DNA from: Mustelus asterias
Lineage: Eukaryota
DNA length: 64,000 bases
Assembly (NCBI RefSeq): GCF_964213995.1
Contig: NC_135805.1
Span: 78,740,001-78,804,000, forward strand
Reading direction: 5' to 3'
The first letter of the stretch is position 1, and every line of letters begins with the position of its first letter. Positions 1 through 12,570 of this stretch are shown piece by piece. The notes under the pieces were generated by a model that ran no database searches, had not been told where the DNA came from, and worked only from the letters and a program-made list of their open reading frames with translations. Both the position numbers and the translations under genes were made by a program.

Positions 1-329
1 GTGGGGAAGGTATCCCCAAAGATGTTGATTGTGTTAACTGATCAAGGGGGTGAGGAGCATCAAATGCTGATGGACTTCATTCTGCAAGGGGGAATGCTCA
101 AGGGGAGGGGGTGAGAGGCCTGAGATGTCTGGGGCAAGGTGAGTGGGGGAGATGCCTAAAAAGGGGCAGGAAAAACTCCTGTATTTCTGCCTTTTGGGCA
201 CTTCGTTTTTTGGGAGGAAAATTACGTCCTATATCCTTAACCAGTGAGATATAAGGATTGGGAAAGAAACAGAGGAAACACCAAGAAGGAAAGAGAACAC
301 TATCCCAAAGATCTCTTCGATGTAATTTC

Positions 330-820
330 TGGTGGAATGGAGCAGCTGCCTGGAGAATGAACAGAAGGAAGTAGCATCCTGGAGGACCTTATGCTCACCA
401 AAAATATATGTCTATTCACAAGAGCGTCAGTAAAATCAGGGATTAGTGATCATACAGTTATCATTTCTGACCTGCATCTCTTGGGTAAATATAAGAAAAA
501 AAGCCAAGGACATAAGCTTCATTAGGAAAAAGAACAACGAGATAATAATCAGAAAATATATTCAGAATTTTAGTAATTATTACTTTATTAATTCAATTTC
601 ATTGTCAGTGCAAGAAAAATGGGGGAATCTTCACCGAAGCCATGGATAAATATTTCCTGCTGGAAAAGTCTACCGTGGTTCTATGGAGATCACCATAGAT
701 TATGCAGAAGGAAAATAGCATCTGGAAAACAAGGCTAAGAAATCTAGGGACAAGGAGAACTCGAAGAAATTCAAAACCTACCAGAGGAAAGTAAAAAGAG
801 CTCTCAACAAAGCAAGGAAA
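330..820 (+). mobile_element. Degenerate LINE (CR1/L2-like) ORF2 endonuclease fragment
   Basis: Broken frames retain APE-like words (IL-DL-LT near 376-399, G-I-SDH near 439-453); many stops and frameshifts. Confidence 0.35.
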
Positions 821-826
821 GATTAT

Positions 827-1930
827 GGGGGGATTCTTACCAAAAAATGGCACAGTGTAGTTTCCGGCCATAAACTTATGTGTTTCTCTCTAGATAAACA
901 GGCTGGTTTTTCTCTCCAGATCTTATCACACTCTGCCCAAAAAAATCAAGGGAGCATATTTCACACTGCCATGCAGGGGGCTGGGGCTTAAACGCGCTGG
1001 CAAAACCTGTCAGCACTGAGATCGGTGTGTCTTGTTCAAAGGGCGCTCCATTCAAAGCATGAATAAACCTCTCCCCCCCCCCCCCCCCCCCCCCCCCCCC
1101 CGCCCACCGCAACCCCAGCCAACCACAGAGGTCTCAGGATCTCCCCACCCTTGATTGGAGTTGGCACTGCTCTCCCCCCTGCTCTCCCCCCCTCCCCCCC
1201 CCCCCCCCCCCTCCCTCCCCCCCCCCCCCCCCCTCGCTGATTATCGGCCCCGGAGAGCATGATTCGCACAGGCGAGTTTCTGAGTTCCAATCTTACCAGC
1301 CCCTCGCCGGTGGAGTGGTGTGAAACACACCCCGGGACCACAGAGAGCTAATTTGAATACATTAGCATGTCATCACCAAGCATTCTCTCTGGGACTCTGG
1401 GATATCTGACCAGATATTCAGCAGGTGGCAGCGCCATTTGCAACAGCTCTACATAAGCATGAATTTGGCGCCTTTACCTTTGAGGGGGATTTTGAAGGTG
1501 AGCGCTAAGGCAGCCAGCACCCACTGTGGTGTGTGCTGCTCAGGGGGCACCAGAGAGGACTCAGGAGACACACAAATGTTCAACTCAGGCTGGGGATGGG
1601 GGTTCCAGAATCAACATTTCGGGGAGGGATCAAGAGGGGTCACTTGCAGGCTCACCTTCCCTTCATGTTGGGGTGCCCCTTGATTTAAAGAGGTTGTGAA
1701 GGTTGGTGTGCAGACAGCACTTCCTGTGTGCTTCTTCCTGGGTTCCTGTCCATATCTCAGCTTCCTTAATGGGGGCTGGCAAGAGGGTGAGAGGGACATA
1801 GCACTGCCATTCTCACACTCCACAGGGATGAGGTGCTGGGTGAGCATGGTGGTTCTCCCAAACTTGGTGGCATGAACAGACAGTGTGGAGGCTCTGTGGC
1901 TGAACAAAGTGAAATTTATTGTCAAACATT
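827..1930. mobile_element. Harbinger-like non-autonomous element remnant with poly-C tracts
   Basis: Starts GGGGGGATTCTT, resembling the GGGC-N2-ATT(T/C)T termini of other MITEs here; internal C-runs; right boundary uncertain. Confidence 0.35.
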
Positions 1931-2011
1931 CAAAACAACAAAGGAATAGCCACTATATATCTTCTCCAATTGAGGCAGTTGGGCTCTAGGGATAAATGAT
2001 ATAGATTGCAT

Positions 2012-2340
2012 GGAGGTAGTGGCATAGTGGTATTGTCTAGTAAATCCAGGGACCCAGGATAATGCTTTGGGGAGCCGAGTTCATATGGTGAAATTCTAAA
2101 AGCTTAATGATGACCATGAAACCACTGTCGATTGTTGTTAAAAGAAACATCTGGTTCACTAATGTCCTTTAGAGAAGTAAATCTGCCCACATGTGACTCC
2201 AGGCCCACAGCAAAGTGGTTGACTCTTAAATGCCCTTTGAATTGGCCTAGCAAACCACTCAGTTCAAGGTCATTTAGGGATTGGCAATAAATGCTGACGC
2301 AGCTGGCAACACCCACATCCCCTGAACGAATTTTTAAAAA
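2012..2340 (+). mobile_element. tRNA-derived SINE with L2-type tail
   Basis: A-box-like GTGGCATAGTGG; body TTCACTAATGTCCTTTAG...ATGTGACTCCAG...GGCAATAAATGCTG shared with copies at ~28862, ~53110 and ~54182. Confidence 0.7.
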
Positions 2341-2892
2341 CCACATCATTTGATTGGTACTCACTGTACATGTGCAATGCACCTTAGCCCTACTCTGCCA
2401 ATCATTTCTGGAATTCAGCACTAATCATAACTGAAACCTGAAATGCATGGGAGGGAAATTAAACTGGGAGGTGGTTCCAAAGGCAGACTGCAGAAAGGCT
2501 ATGGAGACATTTCAAGATGGTGATTATGATGTTAAATGTAATACAGGAGCCAGTGTTGACCCATAAGGAAAATAGTGATGGTCAACTGGAGTTTATTGCA
2601 GTCTGCAGTTTGATATATTTTGGAAAAGTTGAGGTCTATGGACTGTGGGCCACCACACATTGATCCTTCTACTGATTTATACAATAGGGTAGCATAGGGC
2701 TATAACAATAAAATTTTGTAACATGAGCTCCATCTGTGTCCTTTTCATGAGTTCTTCTTCAATTACTTCAGAGCAAAGAGTGCTACAGATGAACCATGGC
2801 TGGTCGAAAGGAGATCAAAGACTTTCCAACACAATGCTGTAAGGTATTTATAGATTGTATTTATTTCATTTTGTGCGATTCCATGTTTTCAT

Positions 2893-3930
2893 TTACTCTG
2901 AAAAAAGATTAATTGTGGAAGAATCAGTGTTCAATATCTGACAAGAAATTATAAGCTTTAGCGTTTTACAAAACCAGGGATACAAGAAAGCATAAAGCAA
3001 AGGGTTTAAAGTACAATTAAAGAAGCCAAACCATGCAAATACACTATCCAAAGATGATGGGATTAGAAAGTTAAAATATGGATTAAGAATGCTATTTACA
3101 TAGAAAGGCAGCCAGGAGAATGTAAAAATTCCTATTAATATGTCTTGGTTTCTAATAACTATTTGATCCTTTTTGTGCAAGATTTTAACATTGTTTTCTT
3201 CTGTATGTTCACTATTATTTGGCAAATTTCCAATTTTTCTAACCTGTTTGCATCTTGCCACAAAACATATTTTGACATATATACCTAAAATGATAAAAAT
3301 TGGAATAAAAAATACAATCACTGCTTCCACATGCCCCTCAAACTTGTGATATGCAACACAGCTGCCCTCACAGGATGTAATAGCCGTATAATCATCGACT
3401 GATCTTTTACTAAAGTCTAGTAAAAACACACTAAGTCCGTAAAAGACGGCAAACAGCCAGATTAATAACACAGTCACAATCGTTACAGGCAGAGTGATCG
3501 CTATAGGGTGGAGCAAAGGGTCACACATAGCATAGTAACGATCAATGGCAATAAAACATAAAGTATAAATTGAAACTATGGTTAACACAATATCCACAAT
3601 TGAGTGAACTTTACAAAATACTTCTCCAAAATACCAGCATGTTTCTACAGACCTGACCATACTATAAGGCAACACAATCAACCCCACCAGAAAGTCCACA
3701 ACAGCCAAAGATAAGAGAAGACAGTTGGTGGGTGTCTGTAGTTGCTTGAAATGTAGAACAGAGATGATCACCACAAGATTTCCAAATATAGTAATTAGTA
3801 TTGAAATGGTAATAAAAATATACAGTGTGGCATTGACTGCCGTTGACCTGGTGACTCTAGGACAGGATGTGTTGATAAATTCAAAGCAATATTGCACATC
3901 TTCTGAATTCTCAAGATCTGTTAAACTCAT
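2893..3930 (-). CDS. Trace amine-associated receptor, divergent (TAAR2-4-like lineage), 345 aa
   Basis: Intact intronless 7TM ORF: N-terminal YCFE..N.SC, GN in TM1, SLAVVD, PYSMVRSVETCWYFG, D3.32, DRY, and a near-TAAR signature NCTLNPLLYAFLYPWF. Confidence 0.93.
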   Translation of the reverse strand: MSLTDLENSEDVQYCFEFINTSCPRVTRSTAVNATLYIFITISILITIFGNLVVIISVLHFKQLQTPTNCLLLSLAVVDFLVGLIVLPYSMVRSVETCWYFGEVFCKVHSIVDIVLTIVSIYTLCFIAIDRYYAMCDPLLHPIAITLPVTIVTVLLIWLFAVFYGLSVFLLDFSKRSVDDYTAITSCEGSCVAYHKFEGHVEAVIVFFIPIFIILGIYVKICFVARCKQVRKIGNLPNNSEHTEENNVKILHKKDQIVIRNQDILIGIFTFSWLPFYVNSILNPYFNFLIPSSLDSVFAWFGFFNCTLNPLLYAFLYPWFCKTLKLIISCQILNTDSSTINLFSE

Positions 3931-4519
3931 TCTTTTTCACATTGATAATCCAAAGTCTTGAATCACGGCGAGACGACAAAGTAGATTTTCCAGAATTATT
4001 GATTGGAGTGGTCTTTACCAAGAACTGTGATTTTCTTCATTTCCAGTTAATCTCTGATTTCTGTAGAAACAACCTATAATTAGTGGCATATTTGAAGCAA
4101 TTGAAGTGCACTTTCAAAATGTATGAGAAGGCTTTTTAGTGCATTTGAGAGTAAAACTGCACAACATCAGCAAAACCGACCTAGAATACAGAATTGCTGG
4201 ATTTAATTCCTTGCATCCTGCTCCACAACATACAGGCAGGGGATACTTCTATTCCCCAAATAAATTGGAAACCACATTTGAACAATATCAGGGGAAATTT
4301 GAGGGCAATTTTGAGTTAGCCTATGAAATCTATAAAGTTGATCCTAATCAGGCCCATTGCCCTGGCAGGCAAGGTTTCAATTGGCATAGGGACGGTGAAA
4401 TAGTAGTCTGTCCTTCATATCTGTTCCAGTATTCAATTAGATCATGACTAGTCTGTACCTGAAATCTATTTCCAGGCATATGTTCCATATCCCTTGGTGC
4501 AATTACCTAAAAATCAATC

Positions 4520-5790
4520 AACAGCAACAACAACTACTTGCTTTTAAATAGCACATTTATCATAGCAAAGCATCCCAAGAAATTTCACAGGAACATCATC
4601 AGACAAATTGACCAAAGGAAGAGACATTAGGAAGAGTGACCAAAGTATGGTCAACGAAGTAGCTGATAAAGAATGTCTTAAAAGAGGAGAGTGTGTGTGA
4701 GAGAGAGAGAGAGGTGAAGAGATTTAGGGAGGGAATTCATTTGAAGTAACTGCTCCCAAAGGTGCAGCAATTATAATCAGGGGTGCACAAGAGATTGGAA
4801 TTAGAGGAGTGCAGAGGTCTCAGAGATTTTATTTGGAGGAAGTTACAGAGGAGGGTTGAGACAATGGATGGATTTGAAAACATGGATGAGAGTTTTAAAA
4901 TTGAGGTTTTGTCTGACTACGAGCCAGTGTAGTTCATCACAAGGGTGATGGGTGCTTGATGCAAGTTAGGCTGTGAGTAGCAGAATTTTGATGAACTCAT
5001 GTTATGAAATGGACAGCCTGACAGGAGAGCATTGAGTTAATTATGAAGTTTCGGCAGAAGTGAGAGGCAGAAATGGGCAATCTTATGGAGGTGCAAGTGA
5101 ACAAACTTGATGGTGGAGCAGCTTTGGGGTTTAAAGTCCACTTCAGGGTCAAATAGGATGCCAAGGTTGTGAATGGTCTGGTTTAGGCTTGGGCAATGGC
5201 TGGGAATGGGGTATGATGGGACTGATGATGATGGTTTGGGTTTTACCAAGGTTACCTGATGGAAATTTGTGCTTTTCTGGTACTGGATATCAGACAAGCA
5301 ACATGACAAATCAGAGAAGTGATGGCGTTAAGCGAGGTCATGGAGAGGCAAAGCAAGGTGTCCTCAATGTACCTATGGAACCTAATGTATTTTCAGATGG
5401 TGTCACCAAGGAGCAGCATGTAGATGAGAAATGGAATGGAACAGAAGATTAATCCTTGAAGGACACCAAGGGCAGGATTTTCCAGCACTGTGTACCCCAA
5501 GACCGGAAATTACCTTCCAAGCTCAATGGACCTTTAAATGGTCTGCTGAATTTTCTGTCTCACCTGCTACAATTCCTGTGGCGTGCGGGATGGGGAATTC
5601 TCAGCTGAAAGTCTAGGAGAAGAAGAGAAGCTATTGCAAATGACACTCAGGCCATAACTGGATAGAAAGGAATGGAACCAGGTGATGGCAGTCCCACCCA
5701 ACTGGACGATGGAGGAGAGACATTGGAGACCAAACATATTAAAGGCTGCAGACAGTTAGAGAAGATGAGGAGGGACAGTTTAGCACAGTG
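4520..5790 (-). mobile_element. Degenerate L2-clade LINE 3' region
   Basis: Minus-strand translation NLGILFDPEVDF...HLHKIA resembles the L2 RT C-terminal region; (AAC)n tail-like end near 4520. Confidence 0.6.
5470..5606. mobile_element. Short (~135 bp) Harbinger-type MITE nested in L2
   Basis: Left end GGGCAGGATTTTCC, degenerate right end GGGAATTCTCAGC; similar size and ends to the MITE at 52659-52793. Confidence 0.45.
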
Positions 5791-5959
5791 ATAGATAGGG
5801 GTGGAAAGGGCAAATAAATCCGTGAAGGAATTTACACAGTTTAAGGCCGAGATGTCTGAAGATGCAGCTACTGATGGTGGGGAAAAAGATATTGGAAAAG
5901 TTCAAGTGGCAAGAACTGAAGGAAAGCATTGTTTGGAGGAAATGGAAATGGAGGAAGGG

Positions 5960-6370
5960 AGAAGCCAGCAAGTGATTTGATGCCAATTTTAAAACTTCAT
6001 GTTGATCCAGCATTTACAGCCTTTGGGGAATTGAATTCCAGATTTCTACTATCTTTTGTGTTGACAAGTTCTTCCTGATTCCAGACCAACATAGCCTAGC
6101 TCTAATTTGAAGATTATGCCCTATTGCTTTGGATTTACCCACCGGAGGAAATAATTACTTTGTATCTGCCCTATTGAACCCAATAATTACGATAAAACCA
6201 TTGATTAGATCATCCCCTCAATCTTTCAAGTGAAAGGCATAAAAGTCAAGCCAATCTTTTCTTCAATTTAATCTTTTAAGCCCTGGTTATCATTCTGATA
6301 AACATGCGCTCTCCCTCTTCCAAGGCCAATATATCTTTGCTGAGGCACAAAACTGAATCCAAACTCCTGA
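5960..6370 (-). mobile_element. Old CR1 3' fragment
   Basis: Reverse-strand similarity to the RGH.L...R..FF.QRVV..WN.LP region of the CR1 copies elsewhere in the window. Confidence 0.55.
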
Positions 6371-6849
6371 AGGGTTTTGACCACTATTTTCTACAACTGA
6401 AGAATCACATCCTCACTTTTGATTTCCAAACTCTTGTTATAGGCATGTTTGTTTCCCTTTTGGGCCTTAATGATCTAATGCCTCAGCAAAAAAAGATAAT
6501 CACAGAATGAAATGAGGATATTTTGTAGATATTTTTTACCCTTGGTATCCCCGTTGGGAGCAGCAGGCTGTTGTTGCAAGATATGGTTGCTCAATGGAAT
6601 GGGTGCCTCTCTTGTGTGATTTCAGGTGTAAATAACCTCTTCAGAATTTGTCAAATGCCTAATGGCGGGCAAAAGCAGGAGACAGAAGTCCTGCCCAGTT
6701 CAATTTATTCCTTTTATTCTGTGCACAGGGATTGTCAGCATTTGTCGCTTTCCTCTCCAGACAATATAAGGCTGAATTTTATAGGGATGGCAGTTGTCCC
6801 ACTATAGAGGATGCAAGCAGGAGGTGTTTCTATTTCTGGGGGATGGTTG

Positions 6850-8342
6850 TGTTATGTAATTATGTTGATTTCTGAGAAGCAGCACTGAGCACCGTATAAT
6901 GAAATAGGCATGATGGCATGACATCACCGGAAGTGACATTCCTGATCACTAATGTAAGTAACTGTACAGAGTAAAGAATCAGTCTACACCTCATTCATAA
7001 AGCTCCTTTCGTTTGTCAGCTCTGTGCCTTCTATCATCAATCCTACAGACATAACACAGAAACTGGTGACGACGACATCGAACAGCACTTGCTAGCCACC
7101 GGGGAGGAGGAAAATCATTGGAGAAGTCAGGGAAAAGAACTTTGAAGAAAGGATCTCCATATGCTTTGCACAGAATGAGCCTGGGCGGACATGAGTAACA
7201 ATTGCTCTGCAGGGTGATTAAAGAGCAATTGCAGAGCTGAGGGTGTTTAAGAAAACAGACTGAAGCTTGGGTTGTGCGTTGTTTTCAAAGGGAAAAGCAA
7301 AGTAGCTGCTGAAAACATATTGCAAAGTGTGCATATGCAGGAACCTCCAGCGATGGAAAAAGAGGCCACATTGAGCATGCATGCTGGAAGAAAAAGCAAG
7401 CGAAGAGCAAAAATAGTAAGATGCAAGAGAAGAGTAAAGAAGCAATGGAAACAGAACAAAAGCAAAAGTGCTCACACTATGAAAAAGGGTCAAGAAGATG
7501 AGAGGTTACGCAGTCTGATGACAAATTGACGCTGAATGTGCTAGCCATTGCTGGATCTATGAACAGATACTGGGTCACTTTGCTGTTGGATGGACAGCAT
7601 CCATGGAAGTTGACACTGGGTTAGCAATCTTGCTGGTGCCAGAAACTATCTATAAGGAAAAACTCAGGAAACCTTCAGGAATATTGTTGTAGACATACAC
7701 TGGTGAAGTGGTTCCAATGAAGGGCCACATTGAGAAAGCTGTGCAGCTGAATGGACTGACAGCATATTTGTCTTTACATATAGCAAAGGACAATTATCCA
7801 GCATTGATGGATCGAACATGGTTAGAAAAGATTTGACTAAATTGGGCCAAAGTTAACCTGACGATTAATGCAGAATCAGGCCTTATATAAATTCTCAAGA
7901 AACATGTTTTATGGAGAAATGTGAAGAATGAAAGGAATTACCATTAAATTGAAGATTAAAGAACGGAGCCAAGTGAAATGTTTGAAGACCGGATTGGTAC
8001 TTAATGCTATCAGGCTGAAAGTAAAGGCTGACTTGGAATGAATGGTGAAGATGGGAATCTTGGAACCTGTCAACACTTGGTTACACCAATCATCTCAGTT
8101 ATTAAAAATGATGGATCCACATGGATTTGTGGAGATTTCAAAGTCGCTCTAAATCCAGTATTGTGTGTGTGGAACAATACCCTCTGCTCCATATCATTGA
8201 CCTGTTAGCAGGATTGGCAGGAGGCCAATTTTTTTAAGCAAGATTGACCTCAGCCAAGCTTACCTACAAAAGAATGTAGACCAGAAGTCTCAAAAACTTC
8301 TAATGATTGTGACACATAAAGGTTTGTTTCAGGACAGAAGAT
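6850..8342 (+). mobile_element. Degenerate Gypsy (Mag/K02A2.6-like) LTR retrotransposon, 5' half
   Basis: LTR 6850-7056 bounded by TGTTATG...CATAACA; PBS-like TGGTGACGAC at 7064; zinc-knuckle remnant (KRGHI); protease MEVDTG at ~7603; RT words TPII..KNDGS.WICGDFK, KIDLSQAYLQ, THKGLFQ; frameshifted. Confidence 0.8.
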
Positions 8343-8504
8343 TTAAACTTTAACCCCCCCAGAGCATTAGGCTGTGGCTCTAGTTCACTTCACCATCGAT
8401 TCCACCCCCACCACCCCCCATTAATCACCCAAAAGCACGTATCAATATGGCCATAAACAAAGTAAACCAAACACTAAGTAAGGATTCATTTTTAGCATTA
8501 GGAT

Positions 8505-8920
8505 CGATACTGTTTCAAATCTTAGTTAGACTACAGAGATTGCTACATACAGTTCCAGTCATCATATTACAAAAAGGATATGGAGGCACTGGAGGGAGTG
8601 TTGAGCATTTTTAGAAGGATGGGACTAGAAATACAACCTACACCAATATAGGATAGTTACTAAGAAATCACATTGGGAATTCTGAAGAAACCTCTTTACC
8701 AAAGAGTTGAGGGAATGTAGAACTTGCTTTGACGTGAAGTAGTTGAGATAAATGTAATAGATGTATTTGTAGGGAAGCTAGATAAGCATATAAGGGAAAA
8801 GAGAATAGAGGGTTAGGCGGTTAGATGAGGAAGAATAGGTGAAGGATCGTGTGGGGCATAAGTGCTGGCAGAGATTAGTTGGGCTCAGTGACCTCATTCT
8901 CTCCTGTATATTCTGTGTAA
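8505..8920 (+). mobile_element. Old CR1 3' fragment
   Basis: Degenerate LVRLQ...QFQS..Y.KD..ALE and FTKRV..M.N words followed by a CR1-type 3' UTR. Confidence 0.6.
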
Positions 8921-10914
8921 TTCAATAGAATCTACAATCAGTAACTGCTTGACACTGAAAAAAGTATTCCAATTGTTCAGCTGATTAAATAGTAATGATG
9001 GAACCAGGAAATTAGAAACACTGCATAATTTTAAACTGTACCATCTGCAATCAACTGACAGTCAAATGCATCATGTTTATTCCCAGGTTTTATGGAGGGA
9101 TTGAGGTTTGCAAGTTCATGTAATATGAAGTAATTGAAAGGAATGCTAGACTAATCAATGGATCAATTTATTCATGCTGTTGTAAAATATGCAATTTTTG
9201 ACTTTTTAAATTGACTTAAAACCTTATTTTGCATGTTCAAATTTTCATTACCCAGAAAAATGCCAGATTTGTAAATAAAATATAACCACCTAGTGGTCTA
9301 GCTGATAATCATTGCTGTTTATTTAAAGCTGGACTTCTGACTGGAGTCCAGTAGATAGGTGGCGTTGGCATGCATGAAGTTCAAGATTTGCATGGCAGAT
9401 TTCAATGCAATACATTGCAAAGGTTTGAATTTTAATATATGATAAGAAAAAGATGCTTATCAATTTAAATGATTTGCTCTTTATCGTAGAATCATAGAAT
9501 CCCTTGATTCTAACTTTGGACCACGTTTACTGACTGTGAGCACCCAGGAGCAACCCTTCTGCAGACAGAAACTTCGTGAAGTACAAGCAAATCAACTATC
9601 CACGTCTTTAGCTCACCACAATTCTGGAAGCACTGGTTCCTCGAGGGAATGCTGCAAGAGCACCAAATTCAGCCTGAACCTAAACAAATGGTTAACCTCT
9701 ATAGACTATATACCCCTTTTATTTCCCTGGAATCTACTTCAATTAATCTATCCTTCCTCACTCTGTATTCTATTTGCAGGGCATATTTTATTTATTTTTT
9801 CCTTACACTGCATTAAGTACAATAAAGTGAACCTCTTTCTTTGTTAAAACTCAAGTAAACCTGCCTTATTGTGTCTTTCATGATCACACCACATAAAAAG
9901 TTAAACACTCACTGAACTGGCAAGTATATGCTATTCAAAAAACCCTGCTGCAGTCAAACAAGGGATGGAAAGAGGGAAGCCTTATAACCCCTCCTTACAA
10001 GAGCAACATTCCCCTGACATTTTAATATGTTATTATGGATAGTACGTAGACATATCTGATGAAAAATGCAGCTTTCAATTTAAAGAACCTACATTTATAG
10101 CTATACAGATGCAGCATTTGGCAGCATTTAAAGAGTATCCCCTAAGCTAATTCACTATTAATCCTCTTATAGATAAATGTTCAGATTTTCTTTACATATT
10201 GGTTAGATACTTCCCTATACGTTTTGACAAGACTGTGGGCCAAAGTGACCTCTAAAACAAAAATAGAAAGGATAATCATAAACTTTATTTCAACATTTTC
10301 ACAATGTGCAATTATGTACAGTTACACACCCAATATTTCCAAAGCAAGAAAGGTAGAAGAGAAGGATTTGAAATATTTTAACATGTATTTGAACTTACTG
10401 TACAATTTCAGTACATAAATATTTAAAAATGATAATCTATTAACTGCCTTAATTTTCTATCAATGCTAATTATAAAAAACATCAATACCTTTCTTGATGT
10501 TATCATCATCTTTGAAGGATATTCCCAGGATCTGAACTGCATAGCCAGATACAGATAACGCCAGTCCAATTTCAATGTTCACACGGGTCTTTTATTGTCA
10601 TTTCTCTGGATATGTATATGTTCCAATTCAAGTATTCCACTACAGGTAGAAGTACTTTAGGGAGATTAAAGGATTTGTCTTATTTCCCCGTCTTAATGAC
10701 ACATAATAGCACAGCCAATAAGATTGTTTATGCTCCATAAGTGACCCAAATAACCTTCACAGTGTTTTGAAGGATGTTCTGTGACTGATTCAACATTTAA
10801 ATAATTATATCGTAGAAGAGGAGCTACAAAAAAATCAGAAGACATTAATTAATCTTCACTTAAAATTATGGAGGGTTCTTATATTATTGGTTTGCTAAGC
10901 ATCTTATTAAGGGA

Positions 10915-11175
10915 CAGCCTTGCCTCAGTGAGAGTATTCATACCTCTGAGTTAGAAACACACATTGTCATTCAAGAGATTTGAGTGTATAATCTAGGCTG
11001 ATGCTTCAGTGCAGTGTTGTGCCATTAAGAGATTTCCACCTTTTAGATAAACCAAGGCCCCATCTATGCTCATGGCACTATTCAAAGAAGAACAGGGGCA
11101 CTGGCCAACATTTGTCCTTCAACTAATACCATGAAACCAGATTACCTGGTCAAGTAGCACATTACCATTTTGCAG
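10915..11175 (+). mobile_element. Deu-domain SINE (SacSINE1/AmnSINE1-like) remnant
   Basis: CATGGCACTATTCAAAGAAGAACAGGGG...CTGGCCAACATTT resembles the recalled Deu-domain core. Confidence 0.55.
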
Positions 11176-12570
11176 GTATATTATGATTGCAAGGATGACT
11201 AGCTTTAGGGCACAATTTACTGCACACAATCTGCATCTGGGCTACAGACATTGCCACATTGGTTACTTTCCCAGGCACCTGGGTGAAGCCAGTGTAAATG
11301 AGGACACTAATTCCTGTCTCAGGAACTCTATATGTAATTCAGCAGTGCAGAGCAGGACAGCTGCCAGGCAGCCACCAAAAACGTTACCTCTGTAGTCTAT
11401 GTGTGTCAGGAGTTCTCCTCTCAGCTCCACAGCACTATTCAGTGTTCAGCTCCCACTCCTGTTTTCCTCATCTTCCCCAAGACCTACCTGAGGGTCACAA
11501 TTAGTGAGGCCATTAGGCCAAAATGAATCCCAGCAATTGTGCAAGCTACTTCTGGATATATCTGTATACATAATAGGACCAGCTCGCCACTATCATTACA
11601 ATGAGACTCGAGGATTGATTCCGATGATACCCAGGCCTACCTATTTCCACTGGACGCTGAAAACATTCTTCAAAAATGCTCACCACGTCAGCCACAGAAA
11701 TATTTACACATAAGGTGAATTTGTTAACCTAGTGATTTAAAATCACTCAAAACCAGCATTTGTATTCCTTTTGAAATCTTTTATGCAAGTGTGATTTCCT
11801 CTTAAATGCTTGTTGTTAGCAGTTTTCACGGTTAATTATAGGTGAATTCTATAGTTCATAACAGTACATGATTGCATTTTTCAGTTTTTAAATAAACAAA
11901 TTATGCAAACAAGAGTGATTTGCCCTACTTGATCTATCTTTCTTCCATGATTCTAAGTGCATTAAATCTTTGTCTGTGGCTCTCAATTCAACATCATGCC
12001 ATTCGCTGTAAAAAAACGTTCTTATTATCACCGTGCTCCCAATACATGTTCACTGTCTCTGACCAGGTATCAGACAATGTGTGATTGTGGTACAAGTTCA
12101 CTTAACAACAGGATTTCAATCATTGAGCATTTGTTGTGCTTCTATAACTTCTGTGACACTTCAGGTTTTCTGATATTCATCTCATTTGTTCTGTTTTTTT
12201 TAAACTGCAGTTCCACAATCAAAGTTCCAGCTGCCCAGAAGGAAAAAACAGTTTGGACCCGTATCCTTATTCCCCAGTTTTTACTGGTGTTCCATTTTAT
12301 GGTGTACAAGACCAATTTGGCCCAATTTTCTTATTTCCGTGTTTTTACTGTTTTTTTCCCTTTTGGGTATAGATTTCAGCAAGCAGAGAGAGTGCAATGA
12401 AAATTCATCGGGCTTGTCCCCGGGATGGTGGGACTGTTCTATGAAGAGAGACTGGGGAAACTGGGCCTGAATTCTCTCAAGTTCTGAAGAATGAGAGGTG
12501 ATCTAATTAAAAGTTATGAAATATTTAAAGCAATTGGCAGAGTAGATATTTCCCCTGTTTTAGGAGTCTA

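Noticed and set aside
1070-1235. Gly/Pro-rich ORFs and G-quadruplex-like runs (also ~15740, ~46890, ~63600)
   Set aside because: They come from poly-C/G tracts inside MITEs; homopolymer lengths are unreliable and there is no coding signature
9500-9990. Possible LTR fragment with AATAAA
   Set aside because: No matching second LTR, TSD, PBS or PPT could be identified
10480-12370. Additional TAAR pseudogene or neighbouring-gene exons (STX7, VNN, SLC18B1)
   Set aside because: No recognisable motifs in the ORF track or the stretches I translated; short exons cannot be excluded without a search
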